A DNA stretch of 64,000 bases, taken from assembly GCF_054482525.1 (NCBI RefSeq), contig NZ_CM137006.1, one strand, 5' to 3'. Both the position numbers and the translations under genes were made by a program. Position 1 is the stretch's first letter. Each line of letters opens with the position of its first letter. The notes under the pieces are model-generated. The model was not told the origin of the DNA. It saw only the letters and a program-made list of their open reading frames with translations, and did not search any database. Of this stretch, positions 1-14,573 are shown in pieces.

Positions 1-1
1 C

Positions 2-1351
2 GTTGGCATTCTGGGGGCACTGAAAGCCGCAGGTGGACTGTGGTTTGGCTGGAGTGGCGAAACAGGGAATGAGGATCAGCCGCTAAAAAAGGTGAAAAAG
101 GGTAACATTACGTGGGCCTCTTTTAACCTCAGCGAACAGGACCTTGACGAATACTACAACCAATTCTCCAATGCCGTTCTCTGGCCCGCTTTTCATTATC
201 GGCTCGATCTGGTGCAATTTCAGCGTCCTGCCTGGGACGGCTATCTACGCGTAAATGCGTTGCTGGCAGATAAATTACTGCCGCTGTTGCAAGACGATGA
301 CATTATCTGGATCCACGATTATCACCTGTTGCCCTTTGCGCATGAATTACGCAAACGTGGGGTGAATAATCGCATTGGTTTCTTTTTGCATATTCCTTTC
401 CCGACACCGGAAATCTTCAACGCGCTGCCGACATATGACACCTTGCTTGAACAGCTTTGTGATTATGATTTGCTGGGTTTCCAGACAGAAAACGATCGTC
501 TGGCGTTCCTGGATTGCCTTTCTAACCTGACCCGCGTCACGACGCGTAGCGCAAAAAGCCATACGGCGTGGGGCAAAGCGTTTCGAACGGAAGTTTACCC
601 GATCGGCATTGAACCGAAAGAAATAGCGAAACAGGCTGCCGGACCACTGCCGCCAAAACTGGCGCAACTTAAAGCGGAACTGAAAAACGTACAAAATATC
701 TTTTCTGTCGAACGGCTGGATTATTCCAAAGGTTTGCCGGAGCGTTTTCTCGCCTATGAAGCGTTGCTGGAAAAATATCCGCAGCATCATGGTAAAATTC
801 GTTATACCCAGATTGCACCAACGTCGCGTGGTGATGTGCAAGCCTATCAGGATATTCGTCATCAGCTCGAAAATGAAGCTGGACGAATTAATGGTAAATA
901 CGGGCAATTAGGCTGGACGCCGCTTTATTATTTGAATCAGCATTTTGACCGTAAATTACTGATGAAAATATTCCGCTACTCTGACGTGGGCTTAGTGACG
1001 CCACTGCGTGACGGGATGAACCTGGTAGCAAAAGAGTATGTTGCCGCTCAGGACCCAGCCAACCCGGGCGTTCTTGTTCTTTCGCAATTTGCGGGAGCGG
1101 CAAACGAGTTAACGTCGGCGTTAATTGTTAACCTCTATGATCGTGACGAAGTTGCAGCTGCGCTGGATCGTGCATTGACTATGTCGCTGGCGGAACGTAT
1201 TTCCCGTCATGCAGAAATGCTGGACGTTATCGTGAAAAACGATATTAACCACTGGCAGGAGTGCTTCATTAGCGACCTAAAGCAGATAGTTCCGCGAAGC
1301 GCGGAAAGCCAGCAGCGCGATAAAGTTGCTACCTTTCCTAAGCTTGCGTAA
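2..1351 (+). CDS. otsA: trehalose-6-phosphate synthase OtsA, 5'-truncated by window start
   Basis: ORF 92..1351 translation matches OtsA; reading frame is open back to position 2 (VGILGALKAAGGLWFGWSGETG...), so the gene starts upstream of the window. Confidence 0.93.
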   Translation, partial: VGILGALKAAGGLWFGWSGETGNEDQPLKKVKKGNITWASFNLSEQDLDEYYNQFSNAVLWPAFHYRLDLVQFQRPAWDGYLRVNALLADKLLPLLQDDDIIWIHDYHLLPFAHELRKRGVNNRIGFFLHIPFPTPEIFNALPTYDTLLEQLCDYDLLGFQTENDRLAFLDCLSNLTRVTTRSAKSHTAWGKAFRTEVYPIGIEPKEIAKQAAGPLPPKLAQLKAELKNVQNIFSVERLDYSKGLPERFLAYEALLEKYPQHHGKIRYTQIAPTSRGDVQAYQDIRHQLENEAGRINGKYGQLGWTPLYYLNQHFDRKLLMKIFRYSDVGLVTPLRDGMNLVAKEYVAAQDPANPGVLVLSQFAGAANELTSALIVNLYDRDEVAAALDRALTMSLAERISRHAEMLDVIVKNDINHWQECFISDLKQIVPRSAESQQRDKVATFPKLA

Positions 1352-1357
1352 GTGCGG

Positions 1358-1786
1358 TTAATCTCCCGTAAGTGGAACTAACAGCACATCGACCTCACTT
1401 GAGGCAATCACTCTTTTCGCCGAGCAGGATGCTCGCGAAAAGAAACTGTGATTGTGATTACCGCAAATAACCAAATCGAAATGATATTTGCGACAAACCT
1501 CCAGAATATGTTCGCTTAATTCACCGTAGGCAATAAACGTCTCGTCAACGGGATACCCCGCATCCTGAATTAACTTATCAAGAAAGCTTTGTGTTTCTTC
1601 CTGCATCACGCTGCGTAAATCTTCAAGCATCGGCGCGGCTAATTGATTGTACATTTCCGGGTCGGAAGCGAGAGTAATTAAACTGATGTGTCCCTTTACT
1701 GGCCTGGCGATAGAAACCGCTTTTGCCAGCAGTTGCTGACTTTCCGGTGTAACCGCAACGGCGACAAGAATATTGCTATAGCTCAT
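1358..1786 (-). CDS. uspC: universal stress protein C
   Basis: 142-aa ORF with Usp-family sequence; convergent with otsA as in E. coli. Confidence 0.9.
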   Translation of the reverse strand: MSYSNILVAVAVTPESQQLLAKAVSIARPVKGHISLITLASDPEMYNQLAAPMLEDLRSVMQEETQSFLDKLIQDAGYPVDETFIAYGELSEHILEVCRKYHFDLVICGNHNHSFFSRASCSAKRVIASSEVDVLLVPLTGD

Positions 1787-2289
1787 AACCTGTTCCTTAT
1801 TCTGTGAACTTCAGGTGACATTAAAGCTTTACTCCTAATGGAGAATCGACGCAATCCCAACTCAGTCAAACAGGTAAATATTAGTCTGATTATTAGTAAA
1901 TACAATTAATCAATCACTCTTGGTGATCATATGATTTCAACTGTAATTATAAGAAAACAATATACTGATTCCCCATATTAAACAAGTGGTTAATATATGT
2001 AAAACATTTTATTAACATTAAGTTGATTGTTGCCTTTCTTTGTATTTAATTAGTTTGTTGTGCGGTAAGTGTCTGTTAAAAAATAGCTTATCTGGTATTG
2101 CATTAAAGCAATTATTTATAGCAGATGATTATTTACGGTGAGTTATTTTAACTGTGCGCAACATCCCATTTCGATTATTCCTGTTTCATTTTTGCTTGCT
2201 AGCGTCGCGAAAAAACTTTTTAACAGATTGAAATACACCCAAAACAAAAGTATGACTTATACATTTATGTTAAGTAATTGAGCGTTTTG

Positions 2290-2305
2290 TGTGATCTGTA
2301 TCACA
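2290..2305. promoter_or_regulatory. CRP binding site in flhDC regulatory region
   Basis: TGTGATCTGTATCACA matches the CRP consensus TGTGA-N6-TCACA exactly; centred about 72 bp upstream of the inferred flhDC transcription start. Confidence 0.6.
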
Positions 2306-2333
2306 CATTATTGAAAATCGCAGCCCCCCTCCG

Positions 2334-2369
2334 TTGTATGTGCGTGTAGTGACGAGTAAAGTTGCGTCG
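2334..2369 (+). promoter_or_regulatory. putative flhDC sigma70 promoter (-35 TTGTAT, 17-bp spacer, -10 TAAAGT)
   Basis: hexamers read from sequence; places transcription start about 198 nt upstream of the flhD ATG, consistent with the long flhD 5'UTR known from the literature. Confidence 0.4.
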
Positions 2370-2567
2370 ATTTAGGAAAAATCTTAGATAAGTGTAAAGA
2401 ACCCCTTCTATTTGTAAGGACTTATTAAATCCCAAAAAGGGGCTCTGCCTATTGCAGCTTATCGCAACTATTCTAATGCTAATTATTTTTTACCGGGGCT
2501 TCCCGGCGACATCACGGGGTGCGGTGAGACCGCATAAAAATAAAGTTGGTTATTCTGGGTGGGAATA

Positions 2568-2918
2568 ATGCATACCTCCGAGTTGCTGAAACACATTTAT
2601 GACATCAACTTGTCATATTTACTACTTGCACAGCGTCTGATTGTTCAGGACAAAGCGTCCGCTATGTTTCGTCTCGGCATAAATGAAGAAATGGCGACAA
2701 CGTTAGCGGCACTGACTCTTCCGCAAATGGTTAAGCTGGCAGAAACCAATCAACTGGTTTGTCACTTTCGTTTTGACAGCCACCAGACGATTACTCAGTT
2801 GACGCAAGATTCCCGCGTTGACGATCTCCAGCAAATTCATACCGGCATCATGCTCTCAACACGCTTGCTGAATGATGTTAATCAGCCTGAAGAAGCGCTG
2901 CGCAAGAAAAGGGCCTGA
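2568..2918 (+). CDS. flhD: flagellar master regulator FlhD
   Basis: ORF 2559..2918 matches FlhD; ATG at 2568 gives the 116-aa form [22 protein letters not shown]; the in-frame GTG at 2559 is an alternative start. Confidence 0.93.
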
Positions 2919-2920
2919 TC

Positions 2921-3499
2921 ATGAGTGAAAAAAGCATTGTTCAGGAAGCGCGGGATATTCAACTGGCAATGGAATTGATCACCCTTGGCGCTCGTTTGCA
3001 GATGCTGGAAAGCGAAACACAGTTAAGTCGCGGACGCCTGATAAAACTCTATAAAGAACTGCGCGGAAGCCCACCGCCGAAAGGCATGCTGCCATTCTCA
3101 ACCGACTGGTTTATGACCTGGGAACAAAACGTTCATGCTTCGATGTTCTGTAACGCATGGCAGTTTTTACTGAAAACCGGCTTGTGTAATGGCGTCGATG
3201 CGGTGATCAAAGCCTACCGTTTATACCTTGAACAGTGCCCGCAAGCAGAAGAAGGACCGCTGCTGGCATTAACCCGTGCCTGGACATTGGTGCGGTTTGT
3301 TGAAAGTGGATTACTGCAACTTTCCAGCTGCAACTGCTGCGGCGGCAATTTTATTACCCACGCTCACCAGCCTGTTGGCAGCTTTGCCTGCAGCTTATGT
3401 CAGCCGCCATCCCGGGCAGTAAAAAGACGTAAACTTTCCCAGAATCCTGCCGATATTATCCCACAACTGCTGGATGAACAGAGAGTACAGGCTGTTTAA
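2921..3499 (+). CDS. flhC: flagellar master regulator FlhC
   Basis: 192-aa ORF matching FlhC, with Cys-rich C-terminal region; 2 bp after flhD. Confidence 0.95.
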
Positions 3500-3524
3500 C
3501 TTATACGGTGTGGCGCAACATTCC

Positions 3525-3558
3525 AGCAGCGGTAACGACGTACCGCTGCTTTTTTTTG
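3525..3558 (+). terminator. rho-independent terminator after flhC
   Basis: 10-bp perfect stem AGCAGCGGTA/TACCGCTGCT, 6-nt loop, followed by T8. Confidence 0.6.
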
Positions 3559-3625
3559 CCCCAATCGCGCGTTAACGCCTGACGACTGAACATCCTGTCA
3601 TGGTCAACAGTGGAAGGATGATGTC

Positions 3626-4509
3626 GTGCTTATCTTATTAGGTTACCTGGTTGTTCTCGGTACAGTTTTCGGCGGTTATTTGATGACCGGTGGAAGCCTT
3701 GGAGCACTCTATCAACCCGCTGAACTGGTGATTATTGCCGGTGCAGGGATTGGGTCATTTATCGTCGGCAATAATGGCAAAGCGATTAAAGGCACGCTGA
3801 AGGCGCTGCCGTTGCTGTTTCGTCGCTCCAAATACACCAAAGCAATGTATATGGATCTGCTGGCTCTGCTTTATCGGTTGATGGCGAAATCGCGGCAGAT
3901 GGGGATGTTTTCGCTGGAACGTGATATTGAAAATCCCCGTGAGAGCGAGATCTTCGCCAGCTACCCACGCATCCTTGCGGATAGCGTCATGCTTGATTTT
4001 ATCGTCGATTATCTGCGTCTGATTATCAGCGGTCACATGAACACCTTCGAAATCGAAGCCCTGATGGATGAAGAGATTGAGACGCACGAAAGCGAAGCAG
4101 AAGTCCCGGCGAACAGTCTGGCGCTGGTCGGGGACTCACTTCCGGCGTTTGGTATTGTCGCGGCTGTGATGGGGGTCGTTCACGCGTTAGGTTCAGCCGA
4201 TCGTCCTGCCGCCGAGCTGGGGGCGCTTATCGCACATGCGATGGTGGGGACTTTCCTCGGTATTTTATTGGCTTACGGATTTATTTCCCCATTAGCGAGT
4301 GTTTTACGTCAGAAAAGCGCCGAAACCAGCAAAATGATGCAGTGCGTCAAAGTCACACTGCTTTCTAATCTGAACGGTTACGCACCGCCTATCGCCGTTG
4401 AGTTCGGTCGCAAAACGCTCTATTCCAGCGAACGTCCGTCGTTTATTGAACTGGAAGAGCATGTGCGTGCGGTGAAAAATCCGCAACAACAGACGACAAC
4501 CGAGGAAGC

Positions 4510-4513
<4 letters not shown>
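3626..4513 (+). CDS. motA: flagellar stator protein MotA
   Basis: 295-aa ORF, GTG start, multi-pass membrane protein matching MotA. Confidence 0.95.
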
Positions 4514-7405
<2,892 letters not shown>

Positions 7406-7425
7406 ATGAGTAAAAAGGTAACAAT

Positions 7426-7929
7426 ATGACCGGTATGACGAATGTAACAAAGCTGGCCAGCGAGCCGTCAGGCCAGGAATTTCTGGTATTTACCCTTGGT
7501 GATGAAGAGTACGGAATTGATATCCTGAAAGTGCAGGAGATCCGTGGCTACGATCAGGTAACACGGATTGCGAACACGCCAGCGTTTATCAAAGGCGTCA
7601 CGAATCTGCGCGGCGTTATTGTGCCGATTGTCGACTTACGAATTAAGTTCAGCCAGGTGGATGTGGACTATAACGACAACACGGTAGTTATCGTCCTGAA
7701 TTTCGGACAGCGGGTGGTCGGCATCGTGGTTGACGGCGTTTCAGACGTGCTTTCATTGACGGCGGAGCAAATTCGTCCGGCACCGGAATTTGCCGTGACG
7801 CTTTCAACAGAATATCTCACTGGACTGGGCGCACTGGGCGACCGGATGTTGATTCTGGTGAACATCGAAAAACTGCTGAACAGCGAAGAGATGGCGCTGT
7901 TAGATAGCGCGGCGTCAGAAGTGGCGTAA
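7426..7929 (+). CDS. cheW: chemotaxis coupling protein CheW
   Basis: 167-aa ORF matching CheW. Confidence 0.95.
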   Translation: MTGMTNVTKLASEPSGQEFLVFTLGDEEYGIDILKVQEIRGYDQVTRIANTPAFIKGVTNLRGVIVPIVDLRIKFSQVDVDYNDNTVVIVLNFGQRVVGIVVDGVSDVLSLTAEQIRPAPEFAVTLSTEYLTGLGALGDRMLILVNIEKLLNSEEMALLDSAASEVA

Positions 7930-7955
7930 TTCTCCCGATTTCCTCAATTGCAATG

Positions 7956-7986
7956 AACCCGATGATCTGCGCATCGGGTTTTTTAT
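7956..7986 (+). terminator. rho-independent terminator after cheW
   Basis: stem AACCCGATG/CATCGGGTT followed by T-run. Confidence 0.6.
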
Positions 7987-8015
7987 TTCAATTTAGCGGT
8001 AGGTGGCATCTGCAA

Positions 8016-8042
8016 TAAAGTTTCCCCCCTCCTTGCCGATAA
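8016..8042 (+). promoter_or_regulatory. sigma28 (FliA) class III promoter of the tar-tap-cheRBYZ operon
   Basis: TAAAGTTT - 11 nt - GCCGATAA is an exact match to the sigma28 consensus, about 30 bp upstream of the tar ATG. Confidence 0.8.
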
Positions 8043-8073
8043 CGAGATCAACTTGTTTTCAGGAAGGTGCCTT

Positions 8074-9735
8074 ATGATTAACCGTATCCGCGTAGTCACG
8101 CTGTTGGTAATGGTGCTGGGGGTATTCGCACTGTTACCGCTTATTTCCGGCAGTCTGTTTTTTTCTTCCCTTCACCATAGCCAGAAGAGCTTTGTGGTTT
8201 CCAATCAATTACGGGAACAGCAGGGCGAGCTGACGTCAACCTGGGATTTAATGCTGCAAACGCGCATTAACCTGAGTCGTTCAGCGGTACGGATGATGAT
8301 GGATTCCTCAAATCAACAAAGTAACGCCAAAGTTGAATTACTCGATAGCGCCAGGAAAACATTGGCCCAGGCAGCGACGCATTATAAAAAATTCAAAAGC
8401 ATGGCACCGTTACCTGAAATGGTCGCTACCAGTCGTAATATTGATGAAAAATATAAAAACTATCACACAGCGTTAACTGAACTGATTGATTATCTTGATT
8501 ATGGCAATACTGGAGCTTATTTCGCTCAGCCAACCCAGGGAATGCAAAATGCAATGGGCGAAGCGTTTGCTCAGTACGCCCTCAGCAGTGAAAAACTGTA
8601 TCGCGATATCGTCACTGACAACGCAGATGATTACCGATTTGCCCAGTGGCAACTGGCGGTTATCGCGCTGGTGGTGGTATTGATTCTGCTGGTGGCGTGG
8701 TACGGCATTCGCCGTATGTTGCTTACACCGCTGGCAAAAATTATTGCTCACATTCGCGAAATCGCCAGTGGTAACCTGGCGAATACCCTGACCATTGACG
8801 GGCGCAGTGAAATGGGCGACCTGGCGCAGAGCGTTTCACATATGCAACGCTCTTTGACTGACACCGTCACTCATGTGCGTGAAGGTTCAGATGCCATCTA
8901 TGCCGGTACCCGTGAAATTGCGGCGGGCAACACCGATCTTTCCTCCCGTACTGAACAGCAGGCATCTGCGCTGGAAGAAACTGCCGCCAGCATGGAGCAG
9001 CTCACCGCGACAGTGAAGCAAAACGCCGATAACGCCCGCCAGGCCTCGCAACTGGCGCAAAGTGCCTCCGATACTGCCCAGCATGGCGGAAAAGTAGTGG
9101 ATGGTGTAGTGAAAACGATGCATGAGATCGCCGATAGTTCGAAGAAAATTGCCGACATTATCAGCGTTATCGATGGTATTGCCTTCCAGACTAATATCCT
9201 CGCGTTGAATGCCGCTGTTGAAGCCGCGCGTGCGGGTGAACAGGGCCGTGGTTTTGCCGTGGTGGCGGGCGAAGTGCGTAATCTTGCCAGTCGCAGCGCC
9301 CAGGCGGCAAAAGAGATCAAAGCCCTCATTGAAGACTCCGTCTCGCGCGTTGATACCGGTTCGGTGCTGGTCGAAAGCGCCGGGGAAACAATGAACAATA
9401 TCGTCAATGCTGTCACTCGCGTGACTGACATTATGGGCGAGATTGCATCGGCATCGGATGAACAGAGCCGTGGCATCGATCAAGTCGCATTGGCGGTTTC
9501 GGAAATGGATCGCGTCACGCAACAGAACGCATCGCTGGTGCAGGAATCAGCTGCCGCCGCAGCTGCGCTGGAAGAACAGGCCAGTCGTTTAACGCAAGCG
9601 GTTTCCGCGTTCCGTCTGGCAGCCAGCCCACTCACCAATAAACCGCAAACACCATCCCGTCCTGCCAGTGAGCAACCACCGGCACAGCCACGACTGCGAA
9701 TTACTGAACAAGATCCAAACTGGGAAACATTTTGA
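8074..9735 (+). CDS. tar: methyl-accepting chemotaxis protein II (aspartate/maltose receptor)
   Basis: ORF 8053..9735; the Tar N-terminus [11 protein letters not shown] starts at ATG 8074 giving 553 aa; C-terminal NWETF pentapeptide present. Confidence 0.93.
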   Translation: MINRIRVVTLLVMVLGVFALLPLISGSLFFSSLHHSQKSFVVSNQLREQQGELTSTWDLMLQTRINLSRSAVRMMMDSSNQQSNAKVELLDSARKTLAQAATHYKKFKSMAPLPEMVATSRNIDEKYKNYHTALTELIDYLDYGNTGAYFAQPTQGMQNAMGEAFAQYALSSEKLYRDIVTDNADDYRFAQWQLAVIALVVVLILLVAWYGIRRMLLTPLAKIIAHIREIASGNLANTLTIDGRSEMGDLAQSVSHMQRSLTDTVTHVREGSDAIYAGTREIAAGNTDLSSRTEQQASALEETAASMEQLTATVKQNADNARQASQLAQSASDTAQHGGKVVDGVVKTMHEIADSSKKIADIISVIDGIAFQTNILALNAAVEAARAGEQGRGFAVVAGEVRNLASRSAQAAKEIKALIEDSVSRVDTGSVLVESAGETMNNIVNAVTRVTDIMGEIASASDEQSRGIDQVALAVSEMDRVTQQNASLVQESAAAAAALEEQASRLTQAVSAFRLAASPLTNKPQTPSRPASEQPPAQPRLRITEQDPNWETF

Positions 9736-9780
9736 CGAGTATCTACTAACGCGGTCATTGCCGCCTGATGGGGAGCGTTG

Positions 9781-11382
9781 ATGTTTAATCGTATTCGAAT
9801 TTCGACCACGCTGTTTTTAATTTTGATTCTCTGCGGGATCTTGCAGATTGGCAGTAACGGCATGTCTTTTTGGGCATTTCGCGACGATTTGCAACGACTG
9901 AATCAGGTCGAGCAGAGCAATCAGCAACGTGCGGCATTAGCGCAAACTCGGGCGGTAATGTTACAGGCCAGTACCGCGCTGAACAAAGCGGGCACTCTGA
10001 CGGCGCTTAGCTATCCGGCGGATGACATTAAAACGTTGATGACGACGGCGCGCGCCAGTCTGACGCAATCCACCACGCTGTTTAAAAGTTTTATGGCGAT
10101 GACTGCGGGCAACGAGCACGTCAGGGCCTTTCAAAAAGAGACGGAGAAAAGTTTTGCCCGCTGGCACAACGATCTCGAACATCAGGCGACCTGGCTTGAA
10201 AGTAATCAACTTTCGGATTTCCTCACTGCGCCGGTGCAGGAATCACAGAATGCGTTTGACGTTAACTTTGAGGCCTGGCAGCTGGAGATCAACCATGTGC
10301 TGGAAACTGCCAGTGCGCAAAGCCAGCGTAACTATCACATTTCGGCGCTGGTGTTTATCAGCATGATTATTGTTGCAGCGCTCTACATCAGCAGTGCGCT
10401 GTGGTGGACGCGCAAGATGATTGTTCAACCACTGGCCATCATCGGTAGCCATTTTGACAGCATTGCTGCGGGTAATCTGGCGCGTCCGATTGCGGTGTAT
10501 GGTCGCAATGAGATCACCGCCATTTTTGCCAGTCTGAAAACCATGCAGCAGGCTTTGCGTGGGACGGTAAGTGATGTGCGTAAGGGAAGCCAGGAGATGC
10601 ACATTGGTATCGCGGAGATTGTCGCAGGCAATAACGATCTCTCAAGTCGTACCGAACAGCAGGCGGCATCGCTGGCACAAACGGCCGCCAGTATGGAGCA
10701 ATTAACCGCCACGGTAGGGCAAAACGCCGATAACGCGCGCCAGGCGTCGGAACTGGCAAAAAATGCCGCGACAACGGCGCAGGCGGGCGGTGTTCAGGTC
10801 AGTACCATGACTCACACCATGCAGGAGATCGCCACCAGCTCGCAAAAAATTGGCGACATTATCAGCGTTATCGACGGCATTGCTTTCCAGACCAATATTC
10901 TGGCCCTGAATGCGGCAGTGGAAGCGGCTCGCGCCGGAGAGCAGGGGCGTGGTTTTGCGGTAGTGGCAGGTGAAGTGCGCAATCTTGCCAGCCGTAGCGC
11001 GCAGGCAGCAAAAGAGATCAAAGGGCTGATCGAAGAGTCAGTCAATCGTGTCCAGCAGGGTTCGAAACTGGTGAATAACGCCGCCGCGACCATGACTGAT
11101 ATTGTCAGTTCGGTGACCCGCGTGAACGACATTATGGGAGAAATTGCTTCGGCCTCGGAAGAACAACGGCGGGGGATTGAGCAGGTTGCGCAGGTTGTCA
11201 GCCAGATGGATCAGGTGACACAGCAGAACGCCTCCCTGGTAGAAGAAGCGGCGGTGGCAACGGAACAACTGGCGAATCAGGCCGACCATCTTTCTTCGCG
11301 CGTGGCGGTATTTACCCTTGAAGAACATGAAGTAGCACGACATGAGTCGGCGCAGTTACAAATTGCGCCAGTGGTATCCTGA
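9781..11382 (+). CDS. tap: methyl-accepting chemotaxis protein IV (dipeptide/pyrimidine receptor)
   Basis: 533-aa ORF from ATG 9781 (MFNRIRISTTLF); paralog of tar; lacks the NWETF tail. Confidence 0.92.
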   Translation: MFNRIRISTTLFLILILCGILQIGSNGMSFWAFRDDLQRLNQVEQSNQQRAALAQTRAVMLQASTALNKAGTLTALSYPADDIKTLMTTARASLTQSTTLFKSFMAMTAGNEHVRAFQKETEKSFARWHNDLEHQATWLESNQLSDFLTAPVQESQNAFDVNFEAWQLEINHVLETASAQSQRNYHISALVFISMIIVAALYISSALWWTRKMIVQPLAIIGSHFDSIAAGNLARPIAVYGRNEITAIFASLKTMQQALRGTVSDVRKGSQEMHIGIAEIVAGNNDLSSRTEQQAASLAQTAASMEQLTATVGQNADNARQASELAKNAATTAQAGGVQVSTMTHTMQEIATSSQKIGDIISVIDGIAFQTNILALNAAVEAARAGEQGRGFAVVAGEVRNLASRSAQAAKEIKGLIEESVNRVQQGSKLVNNAAATMTDIVSSVTRVNDIMGEIASASEEQRRGIEQVAQVVSQMDQVTQQNASLVEEAAVATEQLANQADHLSSRVAVFTLEEHEVARHESAQLQIAPVVS

Positions 11383-11400
11383 AGTGATTGAGAAGGCGCT

Positions 11401-12261
11401 ATGACTTCATCTCTGCCCTGTGGGCAAACGTCTTTATTGTTACAGATGACCGAGCGCCTGGCGCTTTCCGACGCGCATTTTCGGCGGATAAGTCAATTGA
11501 TCTATCAACGAGCCGGGATCGTTCTGGCTGACCATAAACGCGACATGGTTTACAACCGACTGGTTCGTCGTTTGCGTTCGCTGGGACTGACGGATTTCGG
11601 CCATTACTTGAACTTGCTGGAATCTAACCAGCACAGCGGTGAGTGGCAGGCGTTTATCAATTCGCTGACCACGAATCTGACGGCATTTTTCCGTGAGGCG
11701 CATCATTTTCCTCTGCTCGCGGATCACGCACGTCGCCGTTCTGGCGAGTATCGCGTATGGAGCGCGGCGGCTTCGACCGGCGAAGAGCCGTACAGCATTG
11801 CGATGACGCTGGCTGACACATTGGGCACCGTGCCCGGACGCTGGAAAGTGTTTGCCAGTGATATCGACACCGAAGTGCTGGAAAAAGCCAGAAGCGGTAT
11901 TTATCGCCATGAAGAGTTGAAAAACCTGACGCCGCAGCAACTGCAACGGTATTTCATGCGAGGGACGGGACCGCATGAAGGGCTGGTACGCGTGCGTCAG
12001 GAGCTGGCGAACTATGTTGATTTTGCCCCGCTGAATTTACTGGCGAAACAGTACACCGTGCCGGGGCCGTTTGATGCGATCTTCTGTCGTAACGTCATGA
12101 TCTACTTCGATCAAACTACCCAGCAGGAGATTTTGCGCCGCTTTGTTCCGCTCCTTAAACCCGACGGATTGCTGTTTGCGGGTCACTCTGAAAACTTTAG
12201 CCACCTTGAGCGCCGCTTCACGCTGCGTGGTCAGACGGTGTATGCGCTAAGTAAGGATTAA
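11401..12261 (+). CDS. cheR: chemotaxis protein methyltransferase CheR
   Basis: 286-aa ORF matching CheR. Confidence 0.95.
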   Translation: MTSSLPCGQTSLLLQMTERLALSDAHFRRISQLIYQRAGIVLADHKRDMVYNRLVRRLRSLGLTDFGHYLNLLESNQHSGEWQAFINSLTTNLTAFFREAHHFPLLADHARRRSGEYRVWSAAASTGEEPYSIAMTLADTLGTVPGRWKVFASDIDTEVLEKARSGIYRHEELKNLTPQQLQRYFMRGTGPHEGLVRVRQELANYVDFAPLNLLAKQYTVPGPFDAIFCRNVMIYFDQTTQQEILRRFVPLLKPDGLLFAGHSENFSHLERRFTLRGQTVYALSKD

Positions 12262-12263
12262 CG

Positions 12264-13717
<1,454 letters not shown>

Positions 13718-13727
13718 GGATGCGACT

Positions 13728-14372
13728 ATGATGCAACCATCAATCAAACCTGCTGACGAGCATTCAGCTGGCGATATCATTGCGCGCATCGGCAGCCTGA
13801 CGCGTATGCTGCGCGACAGTTTGCGGGAACTGGGACTGGATCAGGCCATTGCGGAAGCGGCGGAAGCCATCCCCGATGCGCGCGATCGTTTGTACTATGT
13901 TGTGCAGATGACCGCCCAGGCTGCGGAGCGGGCGCTGAACAGTGTTGAGGCGTCACAACCGCATCAGGATCAAATGGAGAAATCAGCAAAAGCGTTAACC
14001 CAACGTTGGGATGACTGGTTTGCCGATCCGATTGATCTTGCCGACGCCCGTGAATTGGTAACAGACACGCGGCAATTTCTGGCAGATGTACCCGCGCATA
14101 CCAGCTTTACAAACGCGCAACTGCTGGAAATCATGATGGCGCAGGATTTTCAGGATCTCACCGGACAGGTTATTAAGCGGATGATGGATGTCATTCAGGA
14201 GATCGAACGCCAGTTGTTGATGGTGCTGTTGGAAAACATCCCGGAACAGGAGTCGCGTCCAAAACGTGAAAACCAGAGTTTGCTTAATGGACCTCAGGTC
14301 GATACCAGCAAAGCCGGTGTGGTAGCCAGTCAGGATCAGGTGGACGATTTGTTGGATAGTCTTGGATTTTGA
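13728..14372 (+). CDS. cheZ: CheY-P phosphatase CheZ
   Basis: ORF 13698..14372; the CheZ N-terminus [12 protein letters not shown] starts at ATG 13728 giving 214 aa. Confidence 0.93.
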
Positions 14373-14379
14373 TTTGTAT

Positions 14380-14460
14380 TGCCTGATGTGGCGTGACTAC
14401 GTCATATCAGGCGGTCGGATAACGCGATGACGCCGCATCCGACAAACGCATACTATGCTT
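14380..14460. repeat. REP-like palindromic element(s) in the cheZ-flhB intergenic region
   Basis: GCCTGATG...CATATCAGGC and GATGACGCCGCATCCGACA motifs typical of REP units. Confidence 0.5.
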
Positions 14461-14573
14461 GATGTGTGGCAGCAAAAGCCCTAAATCCCGCCTGTTTTGC
14501 CCCTTACTCAAACCATTGAACGCTTTGCGCTCTGGCATCATTTACGCTTAATACTCTTTCCAGGATTGGCGAC

